A stretch of DNA of 64,000 bases from contig OY762209.1 of NCBI GenBank assembly GCA_963665295.1, positions 1,216,001-1,280,000 on the forward strand. The letters run 5' to 3'. Source of the DNA: Syntrophorhabdaceae bacterium. GTDB lineage: Bacteria; Desulfobacterota; Syntrophorhabdia; Syntrophorhabdales; Syntrophorhabdaceae. Shown in pieces: positions 24,201-34,480 of this stretch; positions within the stretch are counted from its first letter, which is position 1, and every line of letters starts with the position of its first letter. Under the pieces are notes generated by a model. That model saw nothing but the letters and a program-made list of their open reading frames with translations. It searched no databases and was not told the DNA's origin. Made by a program: the position numbers and the translations under genes.

Positions 24201-25441
24201 TCAGCGTCGCCATGAACAGGAACGGCGAAATTGCGATCCTGGACGAAGCGGGCAGGGAAAGGGAGCGGTACCCGGTCATCTATGGGGCAAGACTCAAAGT
24301 GGCCGACGGGGAACTTGTGGCCGACGGCCAGATACTGGCTGAATGGGACCCGTACACCATACCGATCCTCTCGGAAGAGACGGGAAAGGTAAAGTTCGGC
24401 GACATCACCGAAGGCGTTACCATGCAGGAGAGCAAGGACGAACTGACAGGCCTCTCTTACAAGGTCGTAGTGGAGCCCAAGGATGCGGAACTCAAACCCC
24501 GTATTTCGATAAAAGACGAGAAGGGCAAGACGAAGGTAATCGCGGTGAGCAACAGTCCCGCCCGGTATATGCTGCCTGTGGGCGCACATATCGTGGTCAA
24601 TGAAGGGGACATGATCTTCGCCGGTGACGTAATCTCCAAGATGCCCCGTGAGACTACCAAGACAAAGGATATCACCGGTGGTCTTCCCAGGGTCGCGGAA
24701 CTTTTCGAAGCGAGAAGGCCGAAAGAGAACGCCATGGTAAGCGAGGTAAACGGCTTCGTCGAATTCGGCAAGATGACCAAAGGCAAGCGAGAGATACTCG
24801 TGAAGCCCGAGCGCGGCGATCCAAGAAAGTACAGCATCCCGAGAGGAAAACACATCATCGTCCATGAAGGAGATTACGTGAAGGCGGGCGAACCCCTTAT
24901 GGACGGGCCGGTGAACCCTCACGACGTGCTCCGGATCAACGGAATCAAGGCCCTCCAGCGTTACCTCGTGGATGAGATCCAGGAGGTGTACCAGCTTCAG
25001 GGCGTGAAAATCAACGATAAGCATATTGAGGTCATTGTGCGGCAGATGTTGAAGAGGGTCCGCATAAAGGACGTAGGCGATACGAACTTCATCATAGACG
25101 AGCCGGTCGAGTGGTGGGTATTTGAAGAGGAGAACCGCCGGGTAATGGAGCAGGGAGGAAGACGGGCAGAAGCGGAACCCCTTTTCCTCGGTATTACCAA
25201 GGCATCCCTCATCACCGACAGCTTTATCTCAGCGGCGAGCTTCCAGGATACCACAAAGGTGCTGACCCAGGCATCGATAGAGGGACGGGTCGATTATCTG
25301 CGCGGCCTCAAAGAGAATGTCATTATGGGAAGAATCATCCCGGCGGGAACGGGCTACTCCAAGTATAGAAACTACGAGATGGCAGCCCTTGAAAAGCCGG
25401 AGGAAGTGAAGGAAGAACCTTTAGAGATTCAGACCCCTTAG
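21287..25441 (+). CDS. rpoC: RNA polymerase beta' subunit (TTG start)
   Basis: NADFDGD catalytic motif, N-terminal zinc finger. Confidence 0.99.
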   Translation: MDDYFKILDKQKDPLSYAAIKISLASPDLIEKWSYGEVKKPETINYRTFKPERDGLFCAKIFGPVKDYECICGKYKRMKHRGIICEKCGVEVIQSKVRRERMGHIQLACPVAHIWFLKSMPSKIGTLLELTIKEVERVLYFEQYIVIEPGNSPHEFCELISEEKYLEGREKYGATFIGGIGAEAMRECLKKIEIEDLTRKLREEMRDTASDAKKKKLARRLKVVDAFRVSGVKPEWMILDIIPVLPPELRPLVPLDGGRFATSDLNDLYRRVINRNNRLKRLMELNAPEIIIRNEKRMLQEAVDALFDNSKRGRVVTGASKRPLKSLSDMLRGKQGRFRQNLLGKRVDYSGRSVIVVGPELRLHQCGLPKYMALELFKPFVYNGLIQKGFATTIKNAKKIVEKERPEVWDVLEEVIKEHPVLLNRAPTLHRLGIQAFEPQLIDGKAIQLHPLVCPAYNADFDGDQMAVHIPLSTEAQTEARVLMMSTNNILSPASGKPIIVPTQDIVLGLYYLTIDRKYVKGEGKIFADPEEVIIAYDAGEVDLHAKIKVRILGEILDTTTGRVMLRDVVENALMELEEEQRAKIVKDMWSLMNRVMDKKTIAQLVDKCYREGGEKVTVILSDRLKDLGYFYATLGGISISVDDMKIPTKKKDLLDQANKDVIDVQRQHSEGLITDGERYNKVIDIWADVTERIADELMKELGSEKVQSPTGEWEYQNSLNPIFMMAHSGARGSAQQIRQLAGMRGLMAKPSGEIIETPITSNFREGLDVLQYFISTHGARKGLADTALKTANSGYLTRRLVDAAQDVVVSEIDCGTFDGIEVSSLIEGGEVIEHLGARILGRVVLEDLKDPDGETIVAKNEEIREVHLKAIEDAGYEKIRIRSALTCRSKRGVCVLCYGRDLSRGRLVSIGEAVGIVAAQSIGEPGTQLTMRTFHIGGAASRRVEQSTLEARGEGYIKLINVKVVVNRDNISVAMNRNGEIAILDEAGRERERYPVIYGARLKVADGELVADGQILAEWDPYTIPILSEETGKVKFGDITEGVTMQESKDELTGLSYKVVVEPKDAELKPRISIKDEKGKTKVIAVSNSPARYMLPVGAHIVVNEGDMIFAGDVISKMPRETTKTKDITGGLPRVAELFEARRPKENAMVSEVNGFVEFGKMTKGKREILVKPERGDPRKYSIPRGKHIIVHEGDYVKAGEPLMDGPVNPHDVLRINGIKALQRYLVDEIQEVYQLQGVKINDKHIEVIVRQMLKRVRIKDVGDTNFIIDEPVEWWVFEEENRRVMEQGGRRAEAEPLFLGITKASLITDSFISAASFQDTTKVLTQASIEGRVDYLRGLKENVIMGRIIPAGTGYSKYRNYEMAALEKPEEVKEEPLEIQTP

Positions 25442-26170
25442 CTTCCGCTCCGCGATAGCGGCTTCTTCGGATTTAGGATAAAGCTCCATGACCTTCTTCA
25501 GGATGGTCATGGAGCTTTTTTTATCGTTCAGGCCCCTGAAGGCATCCGCCTGTGAGAGGAGGGCCTTGGGCGCCATTTCGGTCTTCGGGTATTTGTCGAG
25601 AAGCTCCTGGAAGGAAAGGATCGCCTTGTCGTAATCCTTGAGCATCATGTTGGAGTCTGCAAGCCAGTAAAGGGCATTGGGTGCAAGGGACGATTTCGGG
25701 TACATCTGGACGAAGGCGGTGAATTTATCGACAGACTCCCTGTACAAGCCCTTCTGGTAGAGGTCGAAAGCTTCCTTGTAAGGCGCCTCGGCATCCTCTT
25801 CCCTCGCATCCTTTACTGCGGGCAGGGCCTTTGACGGCCCGGCAACGGCTCCTCCTCTTTTTGCGGCGGCAAGCTCGTTCTTGGTCTCCTTCCAGTATGT
25901 GTCAAGCTGGTGTTGAAGCTCATCCAGCCTTCCCATGATCGTCCTTGTCTTGTCTTCCTTCTCGTCCGTGGAAGCAGTCATGGTGAACATCTGCTTTCTT
26001 ATGCTCTCCATCTCCCTTGACAGGCCGGCCATCTTCTGGCTCGTTTCGGTCTTGAATGCCCCCAGCTCCTGGTCGGTCATGTGGACGGACCGCCTCAACT
26101 GGTCTACGTCATGGGAAGACGCACATGCGGACAAGAGAAGAAAAAGGCCTACGATCGTAATTGTTCTCAT
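25421..26170 (-). CDS. cpoB: Tol-Pal system protein CpoB/YbgF
   Basis: Lipoprotein-like signal, coiled coil, TPRs ([13 protein letters not shown]); follows pal. Confidence 0.88.
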   Translation of the reverse strand: MRTITIVGLFLLLSACASSHDVDQLRRSVHMTDQELGAFKTETSQKMAGLSREMESIRKQMFTMTASTDEKEDKTRTIMGRLDELQHQLDTYWKETKNELAAAKRGGAVAGPSKALPAVKDAREEDAEAPYKEAFDLYQKGLYRESVDKFTAFVQMYPKSSLAPNALYWLADSNMMLKDYDKAILSFQELLDKYPKTEMAPKALLSQADAFRGLNDKKSSMTILKKVMELYPKSEEAAIAERKLRGLNL

Positions 26171-26182
26171 GACTTACCCCTT

Positions 26183-26767
26183 CTATTCGACGTTAAGATG
26201 GGCCCGCCTGTTCTTGGCCCACGCTTCTTCGGTATGGCCCGCGTCGAGAGGCGCTTCCTTGCCGTAAGAGACGGTCTTGACCCTCTTCTCGTCCACGCCG
26301 AGCTTTACAAGATAGTCTTTCACCACCTCAGCCCTCTTCTGGCCGAGGACGAGGTTGTATTCCTGGGTCCCTCTTTCATCGCAGTGGCCTTCCACCGTCA
26401 GATGAGCGCCCTTGCGCCCTTCGAGCCATTTGGCGATGTCCTTGAGGCGTGCGAGGTCGTCTCCCTTTATGGTGTAGCTGTCATACTCGAAATGGACATC
26501 CTGGAAGAGGGCCGACTTTTCCTGGCCTGCCGCCCGCTCCTGTTCGAGCCTCTGCCGTTCTCTCGCCATCCTTTCCCTGTCCGCTTTCGAGGCGAGGTCT
26601 TCCTCGGTCATATCCGTTGAGGCCCGCGCCTTCCGGTCCTGCTCGGTTTTTGACAGTTCGTCCTGGCCCGGAGTTGTTGCCTGACGCTCGGGGGCAATGG
26701 TCTTTGGGCTGCATCCGTAAGATAGAGAAAACATCAAGGCTACGAGAAAAATGGCAACATATTTCAT
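26183..26767 (-). CDS. pal: Peptidoglycan-associated lipoprotein
   Basis: Lipobox YGC, VEGHCDERGTQEYN, SYGKE, KNRRA. Confidence 0.96.
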   Translation of the reverse strand: MKYVAIFLVALMFSLSYGCSPKTIAPERQATTPGQDELSKTEQDRKARASTDMTEEDLASKADRERMARERQRLEQERAAGQEKSALFQDVHFEYDSYTIKGDDLARLKDIAKWLEGRKGAHLTVEGHCDERGTQEYNLVLGQKRAEVVKDYLVKLGVDEKRVKTVSYGKEAPLDAGHTEEAWAKNRRAHLNVE

Positions 26768-26819
26768 GAGAATCCCCTCCTGGAGGCCGGTGACGGGTGA
26801 CCTTACGGCCGCACGTCGA

Positions 26820-28109
26820 TCACGGCATGAATTTTGGTTGGTCCTCGTTCCCGTTCAGGAATTTGAGGACCCGCTGATTTTCGCCGTTGAAAAGCATAAG
26901 GTTGATAGTGGACCTTCCGCCGTTTTTGGATGAATAGATGATGTATCTCCCGCATGGGGAAAAGCTGGGGGAGTCGTTCACCGCGCCCCTGCCCGTGGTA
27001 AGGACGCGCTGGTTCGAGCCGTCCACGTTCATGGTGCATATCTCGAAGGAACCTTCGAGGCTGGACACGAAGGTGATCAGGTCCCCTTTGGGCGAGAAGG
27101 ATGGCGCTGAGTTGTATCTGCCTGAATAAGTGAGCCTTTTCATGTTACCGGAACCCAGGTCGGTGATGTAGACCTGGGCCGAGCCGCCCATGTCGGAGAC
27201 GAAAACCATTTTGGAGCCGTCGGGCGAGAACGAGGGTGAGGCAAGGATGCCGTCCTTCCGGAGGATCTGTCTCTTTGCTCCGCTCTCCACGTCGAAGGCA
27301 TAGATCGTGGAATATCTTCCCGATGTGTGGGAGAAGCCGAGGGTACCCCCGTTCAGCCACTGGGAGCCTAGTTTCATGCCTTCTTCCTTCTGGGAGCGGA
27401 CCTCCCTGTTACTCTGGATATCCATGACATAGAGATTGGGCCTTCCTTCTTTATAAGACGTGAAAGCGAGGTATTTTCCTGAGGGGGAGATGGACGGCGA
27501 GAGGGTAATGCTCTTGTAGCTTGTCAGTTTCTTCGTATTGCCGCCGTCGAGGTCGGCCGTGTAAAGTTCCTTGTGGAAACGGGAGCCGGACACGAAGAGG
27601 ACCCGGGAGCTCATGATGCCCTTTTCACCGGTGACCGTCTGGATGATGTCGTCCGCGAGCTTGTGGACGACCTTTCGCCAATCCGAGTCAGGCGCCTTGT
27701 ATCTCTTGGCGAGCATGAGGGAGCCTTCGACCGTGTCGTACAGGTAGGCTTCAAGGGCAACCTGCCCGTCCGAATTCTGGAGCCTTGCCTTGCAGAGCAG
27801 ATCGACCCCTATGGACTTCCAGTTGGTAAACCTGATCTCGGCTTTCTCCACACCTTCGCCGGAGAGTTCCTTGTCAAAGAGGGTCGGGGGCGCCACGATA
27901 AAGAAACCCGAAATATCGAGGTCTTTATTGAGAAGATCGCTCATCTCGGCTTTGAGCTTGTCGGCGTTCGCGCTCTTGAAAGCGGGGGCCGCTATGGTGA
28001 GCCTCTTGAAGCTCTTTCCGTATATGTCGATATAGGGTTTTGCTTCCGCCGCCGCCGAGGCGACGAAAGCGAGAAGCACGCCCATGATGATCCATTTAAG
28101 TCTTTTCAT
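26820..28109 (-). CDS. tolB: Tol-Pal beta-propeller protein TolB
   Basis: Signal peptide, TolB N domain, PD40 repeats (PSFSPDG). Confidence 0.94.
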   Translation of the reverse strand: MKRLKWIIMGVLLAFVASAAAEAKPYIDIYGKSFKRLTIAAPAFKSANADKLKAEMSDLLNKDLDISGFFIVAPPTLFDKELSGEGVEKAEIRFTNWKSIGVDLLCKARLQNSDGQVALEAYLYDTVEGSLMLAKRYKAPDSDWRKVVHKLADDIIQTVTGEKGIMSSRVLFVSGSRFHKELYTADLDGGNTKKLTSYKSITLSPSISPSGKYLAFTSYKEGRPNLYVMDIQSNREVRSQKEEGMKLGSQWLNGGTLGFSHTSGRYSTIYAFDVESGAKRQILRKDGILASPSFSPDGSKMVFVSDMGGSAQVYITDLGSGNMKRLTYSGRYNSAPSFSPKGDLITFVSSLEGSFEICTMNVDGSNQRVLTTGRGAVNDSPSFSPCGRYIIYSSKNGGRSTINLMLFNGENQRVLKFLNGNEDQPKFMP

Positions 28110-28995
28110 GTAATCTCCAGTTTTCTAAAATGTCCACGAATGCCTTCACCTGGGGCAGAGGGGTTTTTCCTTTCTTGGTGACCAGATAAAAGGACCGCTT
28201 TATGTCCGGAAGGCCCTCCACGTGAAGGAGCTTCAGGTCGCCGTGGGCGAGTTCGTCGGTGAGGGCCATGCGTGAGATGTAGGCAATGCCCATCCCGCTT
28301 TTGATGGCCTCTTTTATGGCCTGCGTGCTCGTGAGTTCGGCCACTGTTTTGAGGTCCTGGGACGTGAGGGTCGAGAGCTTCCTGAGGGCCTGTTCGAAGC
28401 CGGCACGCGTGCCGGACCCTGTCTCGCGGGTGATGAACGGGTATTGGGTCAGTTCCTTGAGGAGGATCGAGTCGGGATAGTCACGGGGGGCGGCGATGAC
28501 GATGGTGTCGTTGAAAATCCTCTTGTATTCCACCTTCCGTGTCTCGTCCTTTGCGCCCACGAAGCCGATGTCGATTTCCCCCAGGTCGGTCTTGTTCAAT
28601 ATGTCCTTGGAATCGGAGATGATCAGTTTGAGTTGTATGCCCGTGTAGCGCCCGTTGAAGAGGTTGAGTATCCGGGGGAGCATGTAGGTGCCGGGGATGG
28701 TGCTCGCGCCGATGACCATGGTGCCCTTCTTGACCCCTCTGAAGGCGGCGATGGCATCGATGGCTTCCTTCTTCAGTGCAAGGAATTCAATGGCATAGCC
28801 GAGCAGTATCTCGCCGGCCTTGGTGAGGACCACGCTCCTCTTCGTGCGGTCGATGAGCTTTACCTCGAAGAACCGTTCGAGGTCGACGATCTGTTTGCTT
28901 ACCGTGGGCTGAGTGAGATAGAGCAACTCCGCGGCCTTGGTAAAGCTTTTCAGTTCAGCGATCTTGACGAAAGTCTCTAAGTGCCGTAAATCCAT
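28096..28995 (-). CDS. LysR-family transcriptional regulator (CysL-like)
   Basis: SFTKAAELLYLTQPTVS HTH; GASTIPG; RETGSGTR. Confidence 0.94.
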   Translation of the reverse strand: MDLRHLETFVKIAELKSFTKAAELLYLTQPTVSKQIVDLERFFEVKLIDRTKRSVVLTKAGEILLGYAIEFLALKKEAIDAIAAFRGVKKGTMVIGASTIPGTYMLPRILNLFNGRYTGIQLKLIISDSKDILNKTDLGEIDIGFVGAKDETRKVEYKRIFNDTIVIAAPRDYPDSILLKELTQYPFITRETGSGTRAGFEQALRKLSTLTSQDLKTVAELTSTQAIKEAIKSGMGIAYISRMALTDELAHGDLKLLHVEGLPDIKRSFYLVTKKGKTPLPQVKAFVDILENWRLHEKT

Positions 28996-29276
28996 ATCGA
29001 AAGAATATTATATCACCCCGGCCATTGCAAGTAAAATGATCGGAGATAACACGCCGCACGACACCCCGCAAGCGTTGAGAGTCGACCACGGGGTTTGGTG
29101 GGCGCCTGACGCACTACAGATGCGGAGAGGACGGGAGGAATGGAGGTGCGAATGTCCCGTGGAGGGACGGGCGATGTTGGGGGTCCCGGTAGTTGCGGGG
29201 CAGTCGCTTTGTATCAGCGGATGCCGGAAATAAAAGCCGGTCGGGAAAGGGCAAGGATGGCGTATACCGAACCTTC

Positions 29277-30098
29277 TCAGTCCGGTTCTGTCCCTATCAG
29301 GCTCTTTTCCGTCAGCTTTGCCCGGTACAGTTTTGCATCTTTCAGTTTTGCCCCTCTCAGGTCTGCCCCTCTCAGGTCGGACTCACTCAGGTCCGCTTCT
29401 CTCAGATCCGCTTTTGTCAGGTCCGCCTCCCTGAGGTTTGCCCACGCCAGGTTTGCTCCTCTCAGGTTTGCCCCGCTGAGGTTTACTTCCGTCAGGTCCG
29501 CCCCCGCCAGATTTAACCCGCTCAGGTTCGCAGCCCATAGTTTTGCCCCGGACAGGTTTGCATTTGTCAGGCTGTGTACGTCTCGCAGGTTTACCCCGCT
29601 CATATCCGCCTCGCTCAGGTTTACCCCTTTGAGACTTACTCCTCCCAGGCTTGCCCCGACGAGGTTCACCCTCTCCATATTCGCGTTTCTGAGTTTGGCA
29701 TCTTTAAGGTTCGCCTTCTCCATGCGTGCATCCTTGAGCTTCGCCCCTCTCAGGTCCGCTTCACTCAGGTTCGCCCCATAGAGGTCCGCCCCTCTCAGGT
29801 TTGTCTCAACCAGCTTTGCCCTCTCCAGCCTTGCATTTTTCAGCTTCGCCTTCTTCAGCTTCGCGATCCCCAGGTTCGCATCGTTCAGCTTCGCCCCTTC
29901 CAGGTTCGCCCCATAGAGGTCCGCTCCGCTCAGGTCCACCTTCTCCAGGCTTGCCCCGCTCAGGTCGCAGGATGGACACGCATTGGTGGTCCTCAATTGT
30001 TCCAACTGCGCAGGATCAAAGGCTGCCGCATCGCCGGGGAGCAAACATATCCCCGGAAGCATGGCCAGGCAAACCAAGGCGGTAATCTGTTTCATCAT
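29277..30098 (-). CDS. Secreted pentapeptide-repeat protein
   Basis: Signal peptide, CPSCDL cap, long run of A(D/N/K)Lxx repeats. Confidence 0.93.
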   Translation of the reverse strand: MMKQITALVCLAMLPGICLLPGDAAAFDPAQLEQLRTTNACPSCDLSGASLEKVDLSGADLYGANLEGAKLNDANLGIAKLKKAKLKNARLERAKLVETNLRGADLYGANLSEADLRGAKLKDARMEKANLKDAKLRNANMERVNLVGASLGGVSLKGVNLSEADMSGVNLRDVHSLTNANLSGAKLWAANLSGLNLAGADLTEVNLSGANLRGANLAWANLREADLTKADLREADLSESDLRGADLRGAKLKDAKLYRAKLTEKSLIGTEPD

Positions 30099-30324
30099 GT
30101 CTATCCCCCTTCTCTATCCTTACGGCATCGCTTCGCCGTGCGCCGTCTGACGCGCCGTTAGAAGATATGATGCATTTCAGGGGATTTGCAAGCATATTAG
30201 GGCAACCAGGACCGGCATATCATGAAAACGGTTTGCTTTCACGCCCCTGTTCCGCATGATCTTCCGTGTTGACGGATGACGCATGGAGCTACTAAGATAG
30301 CAGCAAAAACATTTCAGTAAAACT

Positions 30325-30368
30325 ATATTCGTTATATTTATTGACATACGCAACGAATATCGTATAAT
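30325..30368 (+). promoter_or_regulatory. panB promoter with flanking inverted repeat
   Basis: TTGACA (30341)-N16-TATAAT (30363); ATATTCGTT-N18-AACGAATAT straddles the -35. Confidence 0.65.
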
Positions 30369-30410
30369 TACCTTCACAGCTTAACTAAACGCCTTTAAGG
30401 GGGAGAGAAT

Positions 30411-31226
30411 ATGAGCAGAAAAAAGGTCACCATTGCCGAGTTACAGGAAAAGAAGGTGAGGAAAGAGAAAATCACCATGGTCACCGCCTACGATTATCCT
30501 ACCGCGAGAATATTGGATCAGGTTGAGATCGACACGGTCCTTGTGGGCGATTCCGGGGGCATGGTTGCCCTCGGGTATGAATCAACGGTGCCCGTTACCA
30601 TGGATGAGATGCTGGTCCTCTCCAAAGCGGTTGCCAGGGGCATTAAAAGCGCCTTTCTTATTGCGGATATGCCTTTCATGTCCTACCAGGCAAGTGACGA
30701 GAGGGCCGTTGAAAACGCCGGGCGTTTGATCAAAGAGGCGGGGTGTGACGCGGTGAAACTGGAGGGAGGAAGTGAATTCGCTTCCACGGTCAGGGCCATT
30801 GTCAGGGCAGGGATACCTGTATGCGCCCACATAGGCCTGACCCCCCAGACGGCGACCATGCTGAGCGGGTTCAAGGTGCAGGGGAAAGACGCGGAAGGAG
30901 CCGGGAGGCTTATGCAATCGGCCAAGGACCTTGAAGAGGCGGGGGCCTTCATGATCGTCTTTGAATGCGTGCCGGAATCCCTGGCAGCGAAGATCACGGA
31001 AGAATTGAAGATCCCCACCATAGGCATCGGCGCAGGGAAGTACTGTGACGGGCAGGTCCTTGTGTACCATGACGTGGTGGGTCTCTTCGAAAGGTTCACC
31101 CCCAAGTTCGCCAAGCAATTCATCAACCTTACGCCCATGATCCGGGATGCGGTCAGCCGGTACAAGACGGAAGTGGAGACAGGGGTTTTTCCCGGCCCTG
31201 AGCATACCTTTACCGTGAAGAGCTGA
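30411..31226 (+). CDS. panB: 3-methyl-2-oxobutanoate hydroxymethyltransferase
   Basis: TAYDY, LVGDS, ADMPF, VKLEGG, HIGLTPQ, DGQVLV. Confidence 0.97.
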   Translation: MSRKKVTIAELQEKKVRKEKITMVTAYDYPTARILDQVEIDTVLVGDSGGMVALGYESTVPVTMDEMLVLSKAVARGIKSAFLIADMPFMSYQASDERAVENAGRLIKEAGCDAVKLEGGSEFASTVRAIVRAGIPVCAHIGLTPQTATMLSGFKVQGKDAEGAGRLMQSAKDLEEAGAFMIVFECVPESLAAKITEELKIPTIGIGAGKYCDGQVLVYHDVVGLFERFTPKFAKQFINLTPMIRDAVSRYKTEVETGVFPGPEHTFTVKS

Positions 31227-31273
31227 GAAGACGGCATTGCTCAGAAGAAGGCTCGCATGATCAGGGAGGGTGT

Positions 31274-31741
31274 ATGGCAGTCGAAAAGAGAAATATCGAT
31301 GACCTCGATGCAAAGATAATCGCCATCCTTCAGTCGGACGGCAGAATAAGCAACACGGAAATAGGGAAGTCCCTCGCAGTCTCGGAGGCAACGATACGGG
31401 GGAGAATAAAACGCCTCATGGATGATGAAATTATCCAGATCGTTGCAGTATCGAATCCTCTCAAGCTCGGGTTTGAGATCACCGGTGATCTCTATATCAC
31501 CGTTGACATGAGAAAGATGGAAAATGTAATAAAGTCGATCAGTAAATTCAAAGAATTATGGTACATAGTCGCCACAACGGGCAGGTCCAATCTGAACGCC
31601 GAATTTGTCGTCAAAGACCTGGAAGACCTTCACGATCTTGTATACAACCGCCTCAGCCGCATAGACGGCATACAACAGGTGGAGACTGCCGTTATTATAA
31701 AATATGTAAAACGGAGGTATGACTTCGGGACTCCCCCTTGA
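31274..31741 (+). CDS. Lrp/AsnC-family transcriptional regulator
   Basis: DDLDAKIIAILQSDGRIS N-terminal HTH, AsnC C-terminal domain. Confidence 0.93.
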   Translation: MAVEKRNIDDLDAKIIAILQSDGRISNTEIGKSLAVSEATIRGRIKRLMDDEIIQIVAVSNPLKLGFEITGDLYITVDMRKMENVIKSISKFKELWYIVATTGRSNLNAEFVVKDLEDLHDLVYNRLSRIDGIQQVETAVIIKYVKRRYDFGTPP

Positions 31742-31802
31742 TTGAAGGGAAAGAATCGATGTCAGGATATCGGCGTGTTCACAGGGGCATGGGGCAACAG
31801 CT

Positions 31803-32153
31803 TCATCTGATGACCAGCTTTGACCCGTAACAGCACTTTACGAGTTCGTCGAATACTCCGGGCTCGACATTGACGCATCCGCCCGTGATCCTGTTGCGGC
31901 GCTTCGGGTCCGGACTCTTAAGCCGGACGAGCCTCTGCTGGCCGCGCACGTCGATCACCCGATGGATACAATAGAGGTCGTTCCTTGTTTCCTTGAATGA
32001 GAGAATGTCCCCTCCGTAGCCCGGGTCCGGTGTGGTGTAGTGGGTGAGTTGAAATTCCCCGCGAGGGGTTTCAATGCCCACCAACGCAGGGTAACAGGTC
32101 CCCGCGAAGCAGATCAACGCTGCCGCTATATGAACGATGACCTCGGGGAACAC
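31803..32153 (-). CDS. Minimal L,D-transpeptidase (YkuD)-like domain
   Basis: TPRGEF, IH...TGGCVNV catalytic-like motif. Confidence 0.65.
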   Translation of the reverse strand: MFPEVIVHIAAALICFAGTCYPALVGIETPRGEFQLTHYTTPDPGYGGDILSFKETRNDLYCIHRVIDVRGQQRLVRLKSPDPKRRNRITGGCVNVEPGVFDELVKCCYGSKLVIR

Positions 32154-32156
32154 GGA

Positions 32157-32390
32157 TCAGCCCTTTTTCTTCTTTTTAGGGGCCGGGGCGGGGACCGACG
32201 GAGGCGGTGTTTCCTGCTTGATCTCCGGACCCCGTCTCACGGGTAATTCCACCTTCGTCTCAGGGGGAGACACTTTCGCCATCGGCGCCGGAATTTCAGC
32301 CTTCCGGGCCTGTATGGAAGGTCCGCAACCGCTTAACGATATCATAATAACAGGGACCAGCATTACAGACCAGCACGATCCTTTTCTCAT
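32157..32390 (-). CDS. Small Pro/Lys-rich lipoprotein
   Basis: Signal with lipobox LSGC; RBS AAGGAAGGG. Confidence 0.7.
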   Translation of the reverse strand: MRKGSCWSVMLVPVIMISLSGCGPSIQARKAEIPAPMAKVSPPETKVELPVRRGPEIKQETPPPSVPAPAPKKKKKG

Positions 32391-32691
32391 ACCGCACCCT
32401 TCCTTTCATTGCTTCGGCTCAGTAACTCACCCTCGTCCGGAATGACCGTTTTTTTCCGGTCTCTCTCCCCAGACCAATATCTCAAATAGACAGGGCATTG
32501 TCAAATACAAATATCAGTAAGTGCCGGAAAGAACCACCTTTTTATAATGACCGGGGCCTTTGATCCCATGATGCCGTTGGCGCGGGAAAGGCACGGGGTA
32601 ATGGTTACAGGAGGCCGGCTGACGGGAAAACCGGCAATTCAGGGTACGTCCGTGACTTCACAACAAAAGACCGTGATGCACCGCCATTTGG

Positions 32692-34251
32692 TCAATATGC
32701 ATATTTTGACCGGCATCTGTCGGCGCATACCCCGAATTCCGACGAACCCTTGTAGCCTTCGCATATCTTCATGCACTGGTTGTACGTATGTTCCATGTTC
32801 TTGCGACGAAATGCTTCCTGAACCTCCTTCGCCTTTTCTTCATTTTCGAGCCTCCGCTGCTCCTGCGCCCTCGATTCGGCCTCAAAGCGTTCCCGTTCCT
32901 TCTGAGCCTTCTCCTCGAGGGATATCCTTTCATCAAAAGGGGTTTGGGCCGTATCGCCCTGTCCAGACTGCTGCACGAGTTTCTTCTTCTGCGCCATCTC
33001 CTGGATGAAAGCTTTCATGTCGAAGGGCGCAGACGTGCAGTCCGTCGGTTCTTCCTTCCTGGGAGCCCCCGGTATATCCATTTTCATTATGGTATTCATG
33101 CGAGCCATATCCATATCCATGGCGGCAGAGAATCTTCCCACATAGGTGTTGTCTTTAAGTACGTATCTGGTCATATCTTCCTGTATTTCGCCTATCTCGT
33201 TTTTACTCACGCAATGGAGTTTTTCAGGGAGTTTACGTATCATTTTGGAGGTTTCACCATAGATGAAGTCCTTCTCGTCTTTCAGGAGGCCGGTGGCGTT
33301 CATCATTCCCTTTGACAGCCCGATATAGGAGCCGTACCGCACGAGAAGGTCGCGGGTTTCGTCGCTGGTATAAGCCTTTGCGGCATCGAGGCTTGCTGTC
33401 TCGGCCTTGAAGGATTTCATCCTGGCGTACCGCATGGTGCTGTCACCGATACCCGCGACAAGAAAGAGGATTATCACCGCAATTGCAGCCGCCATCCACG
33501 TTATTCGCGACCCGGAGGAGGTTTCCACGGGACCGGTACTTTCCGCATAGTCATTCAATGACCGCTGGACAGGTATGAAAAGGAACACCGATCCAAGCCA
33601 GATGGAGAACAGGAGAAAACCGGCATTTATTTCGGCTGCTACACAGATCCAGCCGAACACGACGATCCAGCCTGTGAGAATGGGGACCACGGGGAAACCC
33701 CTGGTCTTTTGAGTCACCATTTCGTTAATGCCGCTCAATTGCTTATATACAAGATAGATCCCATAGAAGGGTATCAGCATCATAAAGGTAAGCTTCCCCG
33801 GTCTCAGCCACCGGTCGTGATAATTCTCCAGAATCTTCCAGTTACGGTAAAACCAGAAGATCTGATATATACAAAACGTCACGATCGACAGGGTGACAAG
33901 CTTTCCCACCGGCATGTAGATGGGCGACAAGGCGCCCCTTCCCGGCCCGGTATCCCGGGAAGGGGGATGTTCTTCAGAAGAAGGCCCCTCCGGTTCGCCA
34001 TAAGCCGTCGGCTCTTCAGGGCGCGGAGTATTCTCCACAAGGGTCAGTCTTGTTGTTGCCCTATTGTTCCCGGTACCGGGAGGGACTTCACATTTTTCGT
34101 CGTGCCTGTGAATTGTTGCTTCAGAAGGACTTTCGCCGGGAGCGGGCCGGGATGGCGGTATGTCCTTACCGCACTTGCCGCACTGCCCGGACCTGTCCTG
34201 GATACTGCCGCAACTCGGACACAGAACGAGCGTACCTTCGTCATCTGCCAT
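32692..34251 (-). CDS. Hypothetical membrane protein with N-terminal zinc ribbon
   Basis: CPSC..CGKC, about 5 TM segments (DUF4234-like TFCIYQIFWFYRNW), C-terminal coiled coil and Cys cluster; RBS GGAGG. Confidence 0.75.
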   Translation of the reverse strand: MADDEGTLVLCPSCGSIQDRSGQCGKCGKDIPPSRPAPGESPSEATIHRHDEKCEVPPGTGNNRATTRLTLVENTPRPEEPTAYGEPEGPSSEEHPPSRDTGPGRGALSPIYMPVGKLVTLSIVTFCIYQIFWFYRNWKILENYHDRWLRPGKLTFMMLIPFYGIYLVYKQLSGINEMVTQKTRGFPVVPILTGWIVVFGWICVAAEINAGFLLFSIWLGSVFLFIPVQRSLNDYAESTGPVETSSGSRITWMAAAIAVIILFLVAGIGDSTMRYARMKSFKAETASLDAAKAYTSDETRDLLVRYGSYIGLSKGMMNATGLLKDEKDFIYGETSKMIRKLPEKLHCVSKNEIGEIQEDMTRYVLKDNTYVGRFSAAMDMDMARMNTIMKMDIPGAPRKEEPTDCTSAPFDMKAFIQEMAQKKKLVQQSGQGDTAQTPFDERISLEEKAQKERERFEAESRAQEQRRLENEEKAKEVQEAFRRKNMEHTYNQCMKICEGYKGSSEFGVCADRCRSKYAY

Positions 34252-34349
34252 TTCCCCTCCAGGGCGATTGTGACCGTTTTTAAAACTTATCGCGAAAACA
34301 AAGCGGTACTTAAATAAACGGACCGGCAAATGCCCTGTGTGCTCACGAA

Positions 34350-34448
34350 ATGAACTACCCCGCGGCAAGCCACGGGGCATCAAAGGCGAGCACCACACCT
34401 TAAGGCTATTTCGAAGCAAGCTTCGGGGTATGGACCCGCGGGGCAATC
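34350..34448. mobile_element. Non-autonomous palindromic element (IS200/IS605-end or REP-like)
   Basis: TGAACTA-CCCCGCGGC-AA-GCCACGGGG and a second related hairpin TTTCGAAGC-AA-GCTTCGGGG; no transposase. Confidence 0.55.
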
Positions 34449-34480
34449 GGGGCGGAAGTCCTTTTAACGGGGATCCCGCC

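Noticed and set aside
29140..30161. Repetitive plus-strand ORFs and 15-bp DNA periodicity suggesting a repeat array
   Set aside because: Antisense of the pentapeptide-repeat gene; no unique spacers, so not CRISPR
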